DNA of 64,000 nt from Octopus vulgaris (GCA_951406725.2 OX597819.1:66960001-67024000); one strand, 5' to 3'. Positions 27,862 to 40,860 are shown, numbered from the stretch's first letter. Made by a program: numbers and translations. The notes: generated from the sequence alone by a model not told the origin.

Positions 27862-27924
27862 GCCCTTCATCAGTTGTCAGCTTTTTATCCACCCCACATT
27901 CCGAGCAACTCATGAAAATATGTG
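27862..27924 (-). ncRNA. Non-circularly permuted hammerhead-like motif, copy 2
   Basis: CACAU-A-UUUUCA-ugaguu-GCUC-gga-AUGUG-15nt-UGACAA-CUGAUGA-a-GGGC. Confidence 0.6.
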
Positions 27925-28278
27925 CCTTCGAGAAAAGAGTTGCTCAAATATATGAATATATATTCTGGTAGTAAATTACTCGACGGAATCTCAATTTCTT
28001 TCATTATTGTTATGTACTCATTTAAGACGCAGCATCTATAGGCGCAGCATTAGGTGCGTGCGTCTCGCGTTGTAAAAGTACTATAAATGATAATAAATAG
28101 GTATTCACTAATTCAAGTGATTCTACGATTGTTTCAATAATAGATGAATAAGTTTGCATTATATCTGTCGTTAATTCATATTGTAAATCACTTATGAAAT
28201 CTTCAGGCATTATGAGCTATTGGTAGAAAAATCAGTCTGCGAATAAAGTTTAACCCTTGAAATACCATCTATGAAGAA

Positions 28279-28342
<64 letters not shown>

Positions 28343-28346
<4 letters not shown>

Positions 28347-28520
28347 ATCAAAACAAGAAAGCACAAAAAACAAAACAACGCGAGGACGTTAAACAAATAT
28401 AGTATTATTGGACGCTCAGGAAAGAAGGAAAGAAGGAGGGTTTAACGTTTCGAGCGGAGCTCTTCGTCGGAAACATAGGAGAAGGAAAGATCCAGAGAAG
28501 GGAAGACAGAGGAAAAAAAA
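28343..28520 (-). mobile_element. Solo Penelope-like terminus with well-preserved minimal hammerhead
   Basis: Minus gttt-CCGACGA-a-GAGC-tcc-GCTC-GAAA-CGT-T-aaac at 28474-28440; abuts (TA)n. Confidence 0.75.
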
Positions 28521-28591
28521 TATATGTAGGTCCCGGGTTGAGTCGGGGTTAACCACAGTAAATAAGGTACTCAATACATAGCAGAGTAAAG

Positions 28592-28642
<51 letters not shown>

Positions 28643-28741
28643 TACATATGTAAATATACATATACAGGTGATTGCATGCACATATGCATACGCTTGCATA
28701 AATATATATATAAGTGCCGACGTACATACACACACACACAC

Positions 28742-28803
<62 letters not shown>

Positions 28804-30569
28804 TATGATTAATATAGATTTAGTATTAAAATTGGTCCCGTCTGAGAGCGTAATACAAAATACTTCGAAAATGACAGACCAGCATTTCCGCGGATACTTA
28901 AAACTTGGTACCGTTATTTGATGTCATTTCCATAATCGATATTTCAGTCACCTTTAACGTATGTCTTGTTTTGTCCAATCAGAGACCAACACTTCAACCG
29001 AGTTATTCCTCCTGCAGAAACAGAGGAAATCTATTCTACATTTTGTATTCACTTGACGTAGTTCGCTTGACAGAAACAAATTTCCCCCCTCTCTCGCTTA
29101 TTCACCTCTCCCTCTCTCTCTCTCTCTCTTCTCTCTTTCTTCTCTCTTTCTCTCTTTTCTCCCTTTCTCTTTCTCTCTGTATTAGTTAATCTCCATGCAA
29201 GATATATGCACGCCTGTATATACATATGAGCGTGTTTATGTTAATATGTTAGTGCGTGTGTGCGTGTGTGTATTGGTCTGTGTATATATGTGTATGTATG
29301 TTTAACTGTATTTTCTGTGCATGTGGGCCATTTATCTGTGTGCAAATATTTACCTTCATCAAACATATTATTTCATTGACAAGATAAGATGAAAATAACT
29401 ATCTATATTCTTCCATAAATTTGTAAATTACCGAACTAACTTACCTGTGTATATTTTCACAAACATTTTCCTGTATACATTGCTTTGATATTGACAACAG
29501 ATATTTACATATTTTTTATGTATTGTTTCTATATTTAACCTGTATTTTCGAACAACGTACTCTGGAATTAATGTCACATTATTTTATCGTCAACATCTTT
29601 TTTTTTTCTTCGGGAAAACAAAAATATAATGAATTTATATTTAACCATTCTTCGCTGTTATGTTTGCAAAGTAAACTTAAACTTTTCTGTACAGGTTGCA
29701 GTTGAAAGAACATAAGATGTATCATAACTCTAATATTTTGGAAATGTTTAATTTTCACATATAATAAAATTGATGACTCTAATTATATTTCACGACAAGC
29801 TATGATAACAACCATTAAATATTATAAAATATTCTTTATATACACTCTTCTTTGGGTGTTATGAGATTTACATATCAAGTAAATAATAGACAAGGTTCAG
29901 ATATTTTTCAGTTTAACTGAATATTGATTTCTAACGTAAAGCACATATTATGAGATTATGCCGCATATTATGAGAAAGATACCCACAGATTATTTCGATC
30001 CAATTATTTTATTTGTTTCTCACTTTAACACACCCAAACTTTGAAAAACAATCAAATTACTTTAATAAACCTTATTGTGAGGGACAAAATAAATTAATCA
30101 TATTATTCGAGATATTTCTTTATTGTTATATATCTATACACAAGCATACATATGTGAGTGTTTGTGTGTGCGTGTGTATGTATGTATATGTGAGAGTATG
30201 TGTGTGCGTGATTGTGTGTGTACGTGTGTGTGTGTGTGTGTGAGTGTGTCTCTGTGTCGTTTCGATGTATTTCAATGCTTTCCAAAATAAACATAGAGTC
30301 CATTTTAATAGTTCTTAGAAATCTATAAGACGATGCGCGAGTACTCAGCTTCGCGTCCGTTGCTTCTTACGAACGAAGCCGCTGTAGGCCGATCTAGTTA
30401 ATTACGCAATCCCTGTAGCACTGTCATGCATCGCTTAATATTACGCTCTGTACCCACAGAAATTTCTTCTCTAATGTATATGTAGTCTGCATTCTGACCA
30501 TTTAGCATTCGCCTTCCCTAAGCGAAGTAATAATATTTGTATACTTGTAGCTCTATAGATCCCTCTTCC

Positions 30570-32280
30570 TTTTCCCTCCTTCTCTCTCTGTCTCTTCATT
30601 TTTTCTCCTCGTCTATTCTTTCCTTCAGCAGACAATTATTCTTGTAATGTAAAAAGACTTCCATTTTTGCCACTTATCGCATTATATACATTCCCAATTC
30701 CACCAGCTTCGCAGGATCTGCAATGACGACCATGATTTGCGACTCTGTCTCAACTCATGACTCGCCACTTCCTCCCACGTGGATATCCACTCACAGTTAC
30801 CCACACTGCTCTTGCTCGGAAACGACCATGCCTCTGCTCTTTCTCCTCGCACCCGCCCCACCCTTACCCGTCTCTCTTTTCCCCTCACGTACCACTCCTC
30901 CACACTACCCCTCCAACCCACCATTCTCTGAGCCTTCCTGCGACACCAGCCCGACGCGTCCACCGCGTACATTTTCCCTAAGCTATCTCTTCCATCCTTC
31001 AAAGAAGCCCATAAAACCTGTGGCCTTCTGGTCCACAGTTTCTTCCCTACCCCTGCCTCATGGCTTGGCTCCTTCCACTGCATCTTCTCACACTGCCGCA
31101 CATGCCCCTACAACGTCAATACTACCATCCTCACAGGTACCCATCACCGTACCTATCACGTCACTGACTCCTTTACCTGTACCTCTAACAATATTTACTG
31201 CATCTCCTGCTCTCTTTGTCCTTCCCTGTACCTTGGTCCAACGGCACGCCGCTTGGCTGACCGGTTCGCGTTGCACCGCCTAGACATCAGGCTCGGCAAT
31301 AACACCCCGGGCTCGCGCCACTTCCGCACTACCCGTTAATTGCTACATCTGTCTGTGTTCGGAATGTCTCTGCAAAGGGGCCACCCGGACTCCCGCTTTC
31401 ACAGTGAACAGGAACTAAAATTCTTTCTTCGTTCCCTTGCATCACTTGGGCTGAACTCACTTCATACCTTCAACTGATACCATTCCCAGACGAATTCCCA
31501 CATACATCCCACACGAATTCCCAAATACCGCCCTTCCACTTACAAACCTGCATAGCGCCTACCTCGATACCCTCACCTCACACAATCCACCATACAAACA
31601 TTCATACACGCTGTTCAACTCATCACTTGCTTTACACACCTTTGCACACATACCCACAACACCTTCCCATTCCACACACACTAGCACCGACCACTTCTCG
31701 GCAGCCAAACAACACACCATTATGTACACACTAACACACAATCTTCAATAGTATCACCACACACTTATAGGCAAAGATAACTTTTGCCCACAAATATAAG
31801 CTATACACATGCACACTATTTAGTCACAGACGCACACACACATACACATGTGCACACATTACCTGAACAAGCACACATCAACAACTGCACAAAACACATA
31901 AACACACACCTTACACACACACATAAGACTCACTCACCCCATTCACACATGCACACTCACACACTCGATTCTCACATACACGCACAAGCTTGCGCACCTT
32001 AGTTTGTTGGTGTCACCATTACAGTTTTTATTAACTTCCTTTTAATCAGCATCTTATTTTACCAGTCATCTATCCATGTTGGACCGCTGAAATGTACAAA
32101 GTTTTTCTCTCTACGTTTTTTTCAGTCTCTCTCAATTTTTCTCTCTCAATCATCTTTTCTGTCGAAGAGCGTAGGCTCGAAACTTAAAAGACTTCCAGTT
32201 TGCCCAGCGTTAAACTAATATACCTGCCTGTTGTGCCTATAGCTGTTTTCAGCATTTGGTTTCTGCAAATTTGAGCTATA
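30570..32280 (+). mobile_element. Decayed Penelope-like element (Neptune-type), 5'-truncated, with 3' pLTR and degenerate upstream pLTR
   Basis: Frameshifted SQFHQLRRICNDD, HFLPRGYP, CRTCP, DSFTCTSNN-YCISCSLCPSLYLG-TARRLADRF (GIY-YIG), SLGLN; CA-rich UTR; aaaagacttcca.tttgcc at both 30652 and 32186. Confidence 0.85.
32153..32191 (+). ncRNA. Minimal hammerhead-like motif at 3' end of Neptune-type element
   Basis: tctttt-CTGTCGA-a-GAGC-gtag-GCTC-GAAA-ctt-aaaaga; stem I tctttt/aaaaga. Confidence 0.65.
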
Positions 32281-32718
32281 TATGTATGTGTGTGCGTGCA
32301 TGTGTGTGTATATGACACTCTGTGATTAGCATCTGTTGTTATTGCATCGTTTCAAGCACTCAAAGGAGCAAAGCGTCCTGACGATGAAACCATTGTTATA
32401 ATATAAATTCTTTTGTTGGTACATTCCGGCTTCTCTTTTTATCTTTAATATATATTCAACATCCATCCTGAAATTTCTGGAATTACTTGAACGATGTTTC
32501 TTAAGTATTGTTGATGGTGCCTGGCAGCCATATGTGGTGAACGTGCTCCGCGGCACATGACCTGGGACTTATCCTAAAATAAGGTTTAGAAACTGTGTTT
32601 AACACGTGTTTACTTAACCTCAGTTTGTTAACCTTATATTAGAATTATATATGTGTGTATATATGTGTGTGTGTATGTATGCATATATGTGTACATATAT
32701 ATATATGTATATATATTA

Positions 32719-32766
<48 letters not shown>

Positions 32767-32806
32767 GACACACATATATATATATATACATATCTATCTA
32801 TCTATA

Positions 32807-32858
<52 letters not shown>

Positions 32859-32865
32859 TAGATAT

Positions 32866-32953
<88 letters not shown>

Positions 32954-32957
32954 TTTG

Positions 32958-33151
32958 TTATTTTAAAGCTGCAAAGACATCGCAAAATTATCACAAACAA
33001 CGGTCACTGTAGGAAGCGGATAATCTGAAGCTGAATGAAACAGAGACGGAGCACTAACTGAAGAGAACAGGTAGATAGAAACGGGAACGTGAAATTTTGA
33101 GTAGCAGTCTTTTGTGATAATTTTGTGATGTTTTTGCAGCTGTAATAATAA
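32958..33151. mobile_element. MITE-like element with ~40-bp imperfect terminal inverted repeats
   Basis: agctgcaaagacatcgcaaaattatcacaaa vs tttgtgataattttgtgatgtttttgcagct. Confidence 0.6.
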
Positions 33152-34271
33152 TGAAGCATATTACTCTACCTTCCCTATTCGAATACTATTTTTCCCAGTT
33201 TGATTTATATGTATGTGATTACTTGGGTCATACAGAAATACACACACACACACACACCCAAATATATATATATTTATATTTGTGTGTGTTGTTTTTGTGT
33301 ATATCTGTATGCATGTCTATAAGTGTATACATGCATCCGCCATATTTGTTTAAAGAAATATTAATAAGATATCTCAACCTTTAAACATTGAAATAACAAT
33401 GACAAATTATGCGAGATTACGTAAAGTTCATAAGGGAATGCTTCAAGGTATTCATACATAATTATTTTAGTAACGAAATAATCAGAAATTACAATGAATA
33501 TATTAAGTATACTGAAAATTTGAAAACTATAAATATATAAGCGGAATTTGCATGCCAAAACGTTGATGTATAAAAATTATATAAGGAAATATATATATAT
33601 CTATATTTCAAGGATGATCTAGCGTACAAGATAATAGAGGTCTCGCTATCCAAGTAACTCCATTCTGAATTCCATCAAGCAATTTAATTTTAAAAGTAAT
33701 ACGATAAAATTAATACATGAAATAATAATATTAATAATATGTAATATGAATAATAGTAACTTTCTGCGATTAATGATATATGATATAATGGTATATGTAA
33801 GCGTATTTACTTTTACATTTATATGTGTAACATATAGTGCCATTCCATTAATATATTCTTCCATATATAAAACGTACACCGACAGCACACAGAGAGAAAA
33901 CCTCAAAAAGTAATATATTTAAATGTATATATTTGCGAAAAAGGAAATGTAATATCAATATACAGAACTGCGGTAGCATATGGCTGCACTGATTAAAGAT
34001 GTTTAAAACAAAATATGCAATACATATTTTTTCCGAAATAATTTATTAATTTCCCAATGATCTCCGGTATGGTTTAAATCGATAATAATACAGATTATAT
34101 CAAATATTAATTAGTAAACAAGCAATGAAATAATACGTCGAATTCAATGCAAATAATGTAAATGATATCAAGCTTGTATAATAATAATACTGGACAATGA
34201 AACATGCAATGTGAAAATAAGAGAATTACTTATGAGACGATGTAACCGCAATGCAGATTTATAAGGAACTA

Positions 34272-34354
<83 letters not shown>

Positions 34355-34357
34355 GAA

Positions 34358-34590
34358 GGCGGCGAGCTGGCAGAAACGTTAGCGAGCCGGGCGAAATGCT
34401 TAGCGGTAGTTCGTCTGTCGTTACGTTCTGAGTTCAAATTCTGCCGAGGTCGATTTGCGTTTGCCTTTCAACCTTTCGGGGTCAATAAATAAAGTATCAG
34501 TTTCGCACTGGGGTTTATATAATCGACTTAATCCCTTTGCCTATCCTTGTTTGTTCCCGCTATGTTTAGCTCCTTGTGGGTAGTAAATAA
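34358..34590 (+). mobile_element. SINE family B
   Basis: ggcggcgagctggcagaa...gttctgagttcaaatt...gcctttcaacctttcggggtcaataaa. Confidence 0.85.
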
Positions 34591-34618
34591 AAAAAATATA
34601 TATATATATATATATATA

Positions 34619-34740
34619 GGCGCAGGAGTTGCTCTGTGGTAAGTAACATGCTAACCAACTTCATGGTTCCGGGTTCAGTCCCTCTACCTGGCGCTTGTTC
34701 AAGTGTCTTCTGCTATAGCCTCGGCCGACCAAATCCTTGT
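34619..34740 (+). mobile_element. SINE family A head, fused to Dong LINE end
   Basis: ggcgcaggagttgctctgtggtaag...ctatagcctcggccgaccaaatccttgt. Confidence 0.85.
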
Positions 34741-37700
34741 TTGGCAGAGTGTTCGAGCTGTTCTAAGCAGTGGTGTTTTCTGCAAGTGCTCCAGCCTTAT
34801 TGCAGCTCCTCTTTGATCCATGTACTTCTTAAGATTTTTACTCACTCTCCTCAGGGCTCCGATAATTATTGGTACTACTATCACCTTTTTCAGCGACCAA
34901 AACTGCTTAAACTCACAAGCTATCTTTCTTCCTAATCGCATACCTTGTCATCAGCTGGGCATGCTATATCTATGATCCAGCATCGTTTGCATTCTTTCTC
35001 CATTAACACTATGTCTAGTTTCCTATTCTCTATCTCTCGGTAGCACTGAACCATAAAATCCATAGGATTATCATTTTCGATGATGCCTTCGGGTTTCTGT
35101 TGGTTTTAATTCATTTGCTCTGTCAAGTTCATACTTGTTGCAAAGTGTCCAATGGAAAATCCTTACTATATTGTCATGATGTCCCTTATATTCTTTCTTG
35201 GCTAGTGGCGTACTTTGACTGGTAATAAGTTATACAGTTCCAGCATTTTGTCCAGAATCCTCCACTTATCATTTTCTAATTTGCTGTTCATTCTGTATTT
35301 GATGTAGTTGGTTCTTAATACTTGCTCATTGGCAGTACAGATTAGAGCCTCCGTTTTCCGTTTTAAATCACTTTTAGTCATCCGTAGCCATCTTTTTTCT
35401 CTGTCTGATTTATCTTCATCATCTCCGTGAATTTGTCCATGCATTCTTTTCTTTATCCACCTATTTTTTGTTTCGTTCATTATCTTTGCAAACTTTCATC
35501 CTACACAAGCCTGATCTTCTTACTTCCACTAAGAGCGGTTCTATGGAATTTTTTACATACCATAAAATGTTGCTTTCTTCTGCTATTATGCTGTGTTCAC
35601 ATCCAATCAGTACCCTTCTCTCTGGTTTCCTTGTTTCATACAATCTGTCTGTGTCAGGTTTTGGGTAGAGTATCCCATATCTAGTCAGCAACTTCCCTGT
35701 TTTTCTGTCGAAGCTGTTTAGTTCGTCTACTGTCCCTACCCCATGTCGAAGGAGTGAAACCGCCCAGGTCTTGATAGCTTCTAAGTTATTCCGTCCGTTT
35801 AATTTCGACTGAAGTGTCAGTCTCTGTCTGCGCAAGTATTCTACCTTAAATTTCTCAGTTATTTCTTCCTCAATCAATTCATCCATTTCCAAAATCCTCA
35901 AGTACTTATAGCACGTCTCTTCTATCTGCTTCATAACCTTCTCCGACAGTATCGCTAGCCGTCCATACATTTAATTTTGCCCCTCTTCAAGACTTATACT
36001 CCACACATTTTCAATCCAAGCTTCATTATGATATCAGTACTGTACTATACACTGTATCAGCGAGGGAACTGACTTGGAATTCAACTTTTCCATAAACCTC
36101 TAGGTCATCCATGAATAACAAGTAGTTGACGGCTTTTGAATACTTACCCAGCATTTGCTGTCCTCAGAATCAGTTTAAGTTGTATCAAGCATAGTACAAA
36201 GATCAGTGGGGTTAGGCAGTTCCCTTGGAAGATGCCCCTTCTAATTTCTACTGTTCCTGAACTTCTTCCGTATGCTGTCAGGTCCGTCCTCCAATTCGCC
36301 ATACATTTTCCAAGCAATCGCTCAACATTCGATGCAATACCAAATATGTTCATACACTCTATAATCCAAGAATGTTGGATCATATCGTACGCCTTACGAT
36401 ACTCGATCCATGACATATCTAAGTTTCTTTTCCGCCTCTTGCAGACTCTGAGTAGAGTTTTATCTATCAGGAGTTGATCCTTGGTACCTGTGCACTTACG
36501 CTTGCAACCCTTCTGTTCAAGTGGCAGGACTCCACTTATTTTTCAGATGTTCGTACATTCATCTGCGATTATTCTAGCCAATAATTTGCAAATAAGTGGT
36601 AACCAGTGTATCGGCCTGTAATTGTAACCGTATTACCTTTACCGATGTCTTTTTAGAACAGCACTGCCCTACTCATTGTCAACCACTCTAGTGTTACTTG
36701 CTTGGCATTTAACAAGGTGTTGAGTTGTGCAGCTATTCGTGTAGGACACTCACCAAATCTTTTGATCCAGTAGCCTTGAATTCCATCAGGTACCGAAACC
36801 TTCCAGTTGCCCATTTTTATGCTGATTTCCTTCACTTCCCTAACAGAAATTATTAATCCTACCTGTTTGTTTCAGTTCTTGCGACCATTCAGCATCCCTC
36901 TTGTGCTCCTTTTCTTTACTCCAGATGTCACTCCAAAATCATTGGCTCTCAATGTTATCTTGTATCAAATTTTCATCTGTACACTCTCCATTTTTTCTTT
37001 GCTGGTCGTATATTTATTTGGTCGTATCTTACCATCATTAGTTTCTTTGGAACTATGTGCTGCTTCAGTTACTTCATGACTATTTATAGACACATTATTT
37101 TAATATCATACTTTCTGTTCAGTGTCCTGCATTTTTCTTCGCTTTGAAGTTCCCGCTTCTCTTTTCAATCTAACACAAATGTCATTCGAGATCATATACA
37201 TCTTTTGCATTCTTCTTTTCCACCATGTATATTTTATTTTGTCACTCCCATTATGTTTCTTTTTCATGACATCAACACCCACATTTTCTGCTACAACAAT
37301 ACTTGCTGTCCTGATGAAATTATTTGTTTCGGTAATGTTTTGTTCTGATGTATTTCAGAATTTCATTCACATTTTTCGATTTCTAGGTTCAATTTTCACC
37401 AATCAACTTTTTTGAAGTTGCAAATAATGTCACTGCTCTTCTTCTGTAACCTTGCTTTAATCTATCGTACATTGCTATTGCCTATTTATCATGTTACCAT
37501 TAGTTATAATGTCTTCTTCCCCACCATCTATATGCCTCTCATCGAGCAAGCTTTCACTGTTCTTTCGTGTGGTTTGTTACAGATCTCAACTCTCTTTTCT
37601 GCTATGAGATTACTTTTATTAGTAAGAACTAATTCCTCTGCTGTTAATTTCCAATACCAGTCTTTTGATGCTCCGAGCTCTACTTCTTTAAACCAAAGAT

Positions 37701-38280
37701 TTTTTTTCTTTTTGCTCTAGCTTGATCACATAATCTTTTTTCCGTGAGTTGAAACAATCGTCATTCTCTCAATTGATCATACATACGTTGTATGATCAAT
37801 TCTATTTTCCCAAAATCTCTAATATGAACAGCATTTTTGTGTACAGGGTTGCTCAGATAGTAACACTCCATGACCACAGCATTGATTTTTTTATTCTATC
37901 TACGCCGTATGAGCAAGTTCCTTGCTGGATAACGCCAAGCTAGAATCGGACCAGTATCTCTAAGCCTGCCAGGTGTAACAATGACACCATCAAGGGCTTT
38001 TGTTTGATTACCACCTTTATTCACAATATTTTGCTTTTTCATTGTATCCCATATGAGATAGCGATTATTTGGTTGCGCAAATACCAGTGTTTTTATTGTG
38101 ACATCATCACTAGAATCTCCCCATCGATCAGGACATGGGGAGATTCCAACTGCTTCCTTTCATTATTATTGTTATTATCATCACCGATGATTTTTCATTT
38201 TTTGCTATTTGTCATTGTTAATATTTCCTCTGACCTAACATGAGTTTTGGCTAATTGCCATTAACATTTTCATGTTAGTA
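34741..38280 (-). mobile_element. R4/Dong-clade non-LTR retrotransposon (RT + restriction-like endonuclease), near full-length, decayed
   Basis: RLCDQARA N-term; NWK..PDGIQGYWIK; [15 protein letters not shown]; RRGIFQG; LLFMDDL (~36102-36122); YKYL; RHDNI..HWTLC; KLDIV...IIDIACP; VPIIIGAL; many frameshifts and stops. Confidence 0.92.
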
Positions 38281-38801
38281 CTACGCTCCGTATCTTATCT
38301 GACAGCGTAGACAATTTGATAGAGAACCTCTTCAACAATTATAAACAAATAAATGTAGTGAAGCGAGACATAGAAACAAACAAAAATATAATATCCCTAT
38401 GTTTTCCGCGAGATGTATGGCGTGGGGCGGGATATATATATCAATATCTGTTTAACGCTTTTCTTATCAATAAGGACTCATTTTTGTTGTTTGTTTTTAT
38501 TCAATTCATGTTTTGTATGTGTCCAACTGTTTATACGTTACTTAAATTTTATTTCGAAATATTAAAAGGGATTCATGTAAAACTGTGGTGCGAACGTAAT
38601 TAAATAGTTTACGTATTGACGTGTTTGTGATGTGTATTTAACCGGGTATTAGTCCAATATTTACATACTCGAATATAGTCCAACACTTTTAATGAGTCTT
38701 ACTTACTCAGGTGTATTCGTACGCTTTGTCAGTGTGGCATGCGTGTTATTATTTATCATTATTATTGTTGTTGTTGTTGTTGTCGTTGTTGTTGTTAAGA
38801 A

Positions 38802-39243
38802 GGCGGCGAGCTGGCAGAATCCTTAGCACGCTGGGCGAAATGTCTACCGGTATTTATCCTTTTTTCTGATTTTAAATTACGCTCATGTCGACTTTGCTTT
38901 TCCCCCTTTCGGGTGTCGATAAATTAAGTACCAGTTGCATACTGGTGTCGATTTAATCGACTATACCCCTCCCCAAAATTCCATGCCTTGCGCCTATAAT
39001 AGAAATAACTATTATTATTATTAATACTAGAATAGCTAGCACACTGGATGACTTGCTTAGCGACATTTCACCTGTCGTTAATGTTCAGAGTTCACATTCC
39101 TCCGAGGTTGACTTTGCCTTTCATCTTTTTTGGGTCAATAAATTAAGTACCAGTGGAACACTGGTGTCGATATGATCGACTAGTCACCTCCCTAAAAATG
39201 TCAGGCCTTATTCCCATAGTAGAAAGGAATATCATTATTATTT
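38802..39243 (+). mobile_element. SINE family B head-to-tail dimer (38802-39022, 39027-39243)
   Basis: Two gactttgc.ttt...gtc.ataaattaagtaccag modules, each ending in (ATT)n. Confidence 0.85.
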
Positions 39244-39289
<46 letters not shown>

Positions 39290-39366
39290 AAGCAGCAGCA
39301 GTAGTAGTAGTAATAGTAGCAGTAGTAGCAGCAGCAGCAGTAGTAGTAGTAGTAGTAGTAGTAGTG
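39244..39366. repeat. (AGT)n/(AGC)n microsatellite
   Basis: Direct reading. Confidence 0.95.
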
Positions 39367-40424
39367 TTATTGTTGTTGTTTCCATCGTCAAAATCTCATG
39401 AGAGTTAGATTGAGCGTTAGATTTAGAACAACTTTGTTATTTATATTAATGAAAAATAACATTAAAAGTATTTAAAGTAGAGAAATGAATACTACGCTCG
39501 TAAGCAACTGACAGTTAAATAAATGAATAAGCAGAAGTAGGTAATTAAATAAATTTTAATTAATTAGTTTAAGTACAAAACTAAATTTAGTGTTTATCAT
39601 TATTTATTATCGGAATCACTATTAGCCTAATGAAAAGTATCCAGGATTCAAATGAATAGCAATGTAGTTAAATAAATTATTTTCTAAAATGCATCAATGT
39701 TATTACAATCACCACCATGGCAGTAATAATTTTTCGAAAGATTATTTCGGAAAGAACTACGGAACTCGGAAGGTAACGTAAAATAGTTTTAAATAATCTA
39801 ATAAAGAAATAAATTCAGAACTGATTTTCTGCGGATAATATTTGTGAATAAATAACATATTAAAGCTTTAAGAAAAGAAAGTCATGCAACCAATGTAGGA
39901 AATTGTGATAGAATCTAAATAAAGAATATTCTTTTGTAATGTATGTCAACTACTACTGAATAGAGATTTTGAAATTTTAATCAAAAAATAAAAAATAAAA
40001 CTATAGCTCTCATAATTTCCATCGTCAACGATGTGATATATGAATTATTTTGAAATCTATTTATTAAAAATTTTGAGGAGCAAAAATAGGTCAAGTAGAT
40101 TTGCTATTATTAAATATATTCACATCGAGAATGCAAAAATAATATTAGTTATAAGCTATATAAATTTTAGAAGAATTTGTGGAAGGTAGATATAAAGAAT
40201 TATAGCAGAAATAATAGGACATATTTAGTTATTGAATCTATGTGCTCGAATGAAAGTGGTAATGAGACAACGACAAAATAATGGAAATTTTTAGTGGAGT
40301 AAATGAAAGTCGTATTACTATTGGAAAATTTATTACAGAATATAGTGTAAAAAATACGAGTCAGATTCATTGGCGCCAGTTTCGAATGAATGTGATAATA
40401 GTGAAAATGTTTCTGTTAAAGTAA

Positions 40425-40860
40425 GGTGGTGAGCTGGCAGAAATGTTAGCACGCCGGACGAAATGCTTAGTGATATTTCATCTATCTTTACGTTCTGAGT
40501 TCAAATTCCGCCGAAGTCGGCTTTGCTTTTCATCCTTTAAGGGTCGATAATTCAGTACCCGTTATGTACAGGGGTCAATGTAATCGACTTGTCTGTCCTT
40601 GTTTGTCCCCTCTATGTTTAGCACCTTGTGGGCAATAAGGAAATAAGAAGCGTTAGCACGATGGCCCCCGGTGGCCAATAAAGAAATTGGTATTTCGTCT
40701 GTCTTTAGTTCTGAATTCAAATTCCGCCGATGTCAACTTTGCCTTTCATCCTTTCGAGGTCGATAAATTAAATACCAGTTACATACTGGAGTTCGGTCTA
40801 GTCGACTGGCGCTCTCCCCCAAAATTTCGGACCTTGTACCTAGTGTACAAACGAATGATT
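40425..40860 (+). mobile_element. SINE family B dimer
   Basis: Two ttctga.ttcaaattccgccga...ctttgc.tttcatccttt..gtcgataa modules. Confidence 0.85.

Larger units (their letters stand above)
26928..27945 (-). mobile_element. Tandem direct-repeat (pLTR-like) element, units 26928-27210 and 27615-27945, each with rearranged hammerhead-like motif
   Basis: Units share gaaatggatgcgt, gtcacaaaac.taaac.acatgaaatacg, ccctt.atcagttgtc.gct. Confidence 0.7.

Noticed and set aside
28829-28880. CTGAGAG...CGAAA hammerhead-like string
   Set aside because: Core lacks a nucleotide and stems are poor; not distinguishable from chance
30723-31283. 186-aa Pro/Ser/Thr-rich ORF
   Set aside because: Off-frame reading of the frameshifted Penelope ORF
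39143-39401. Poly-Ser / poly-Leu ORFs
   Set aside because: (AGT)n expansion at a SINE tail
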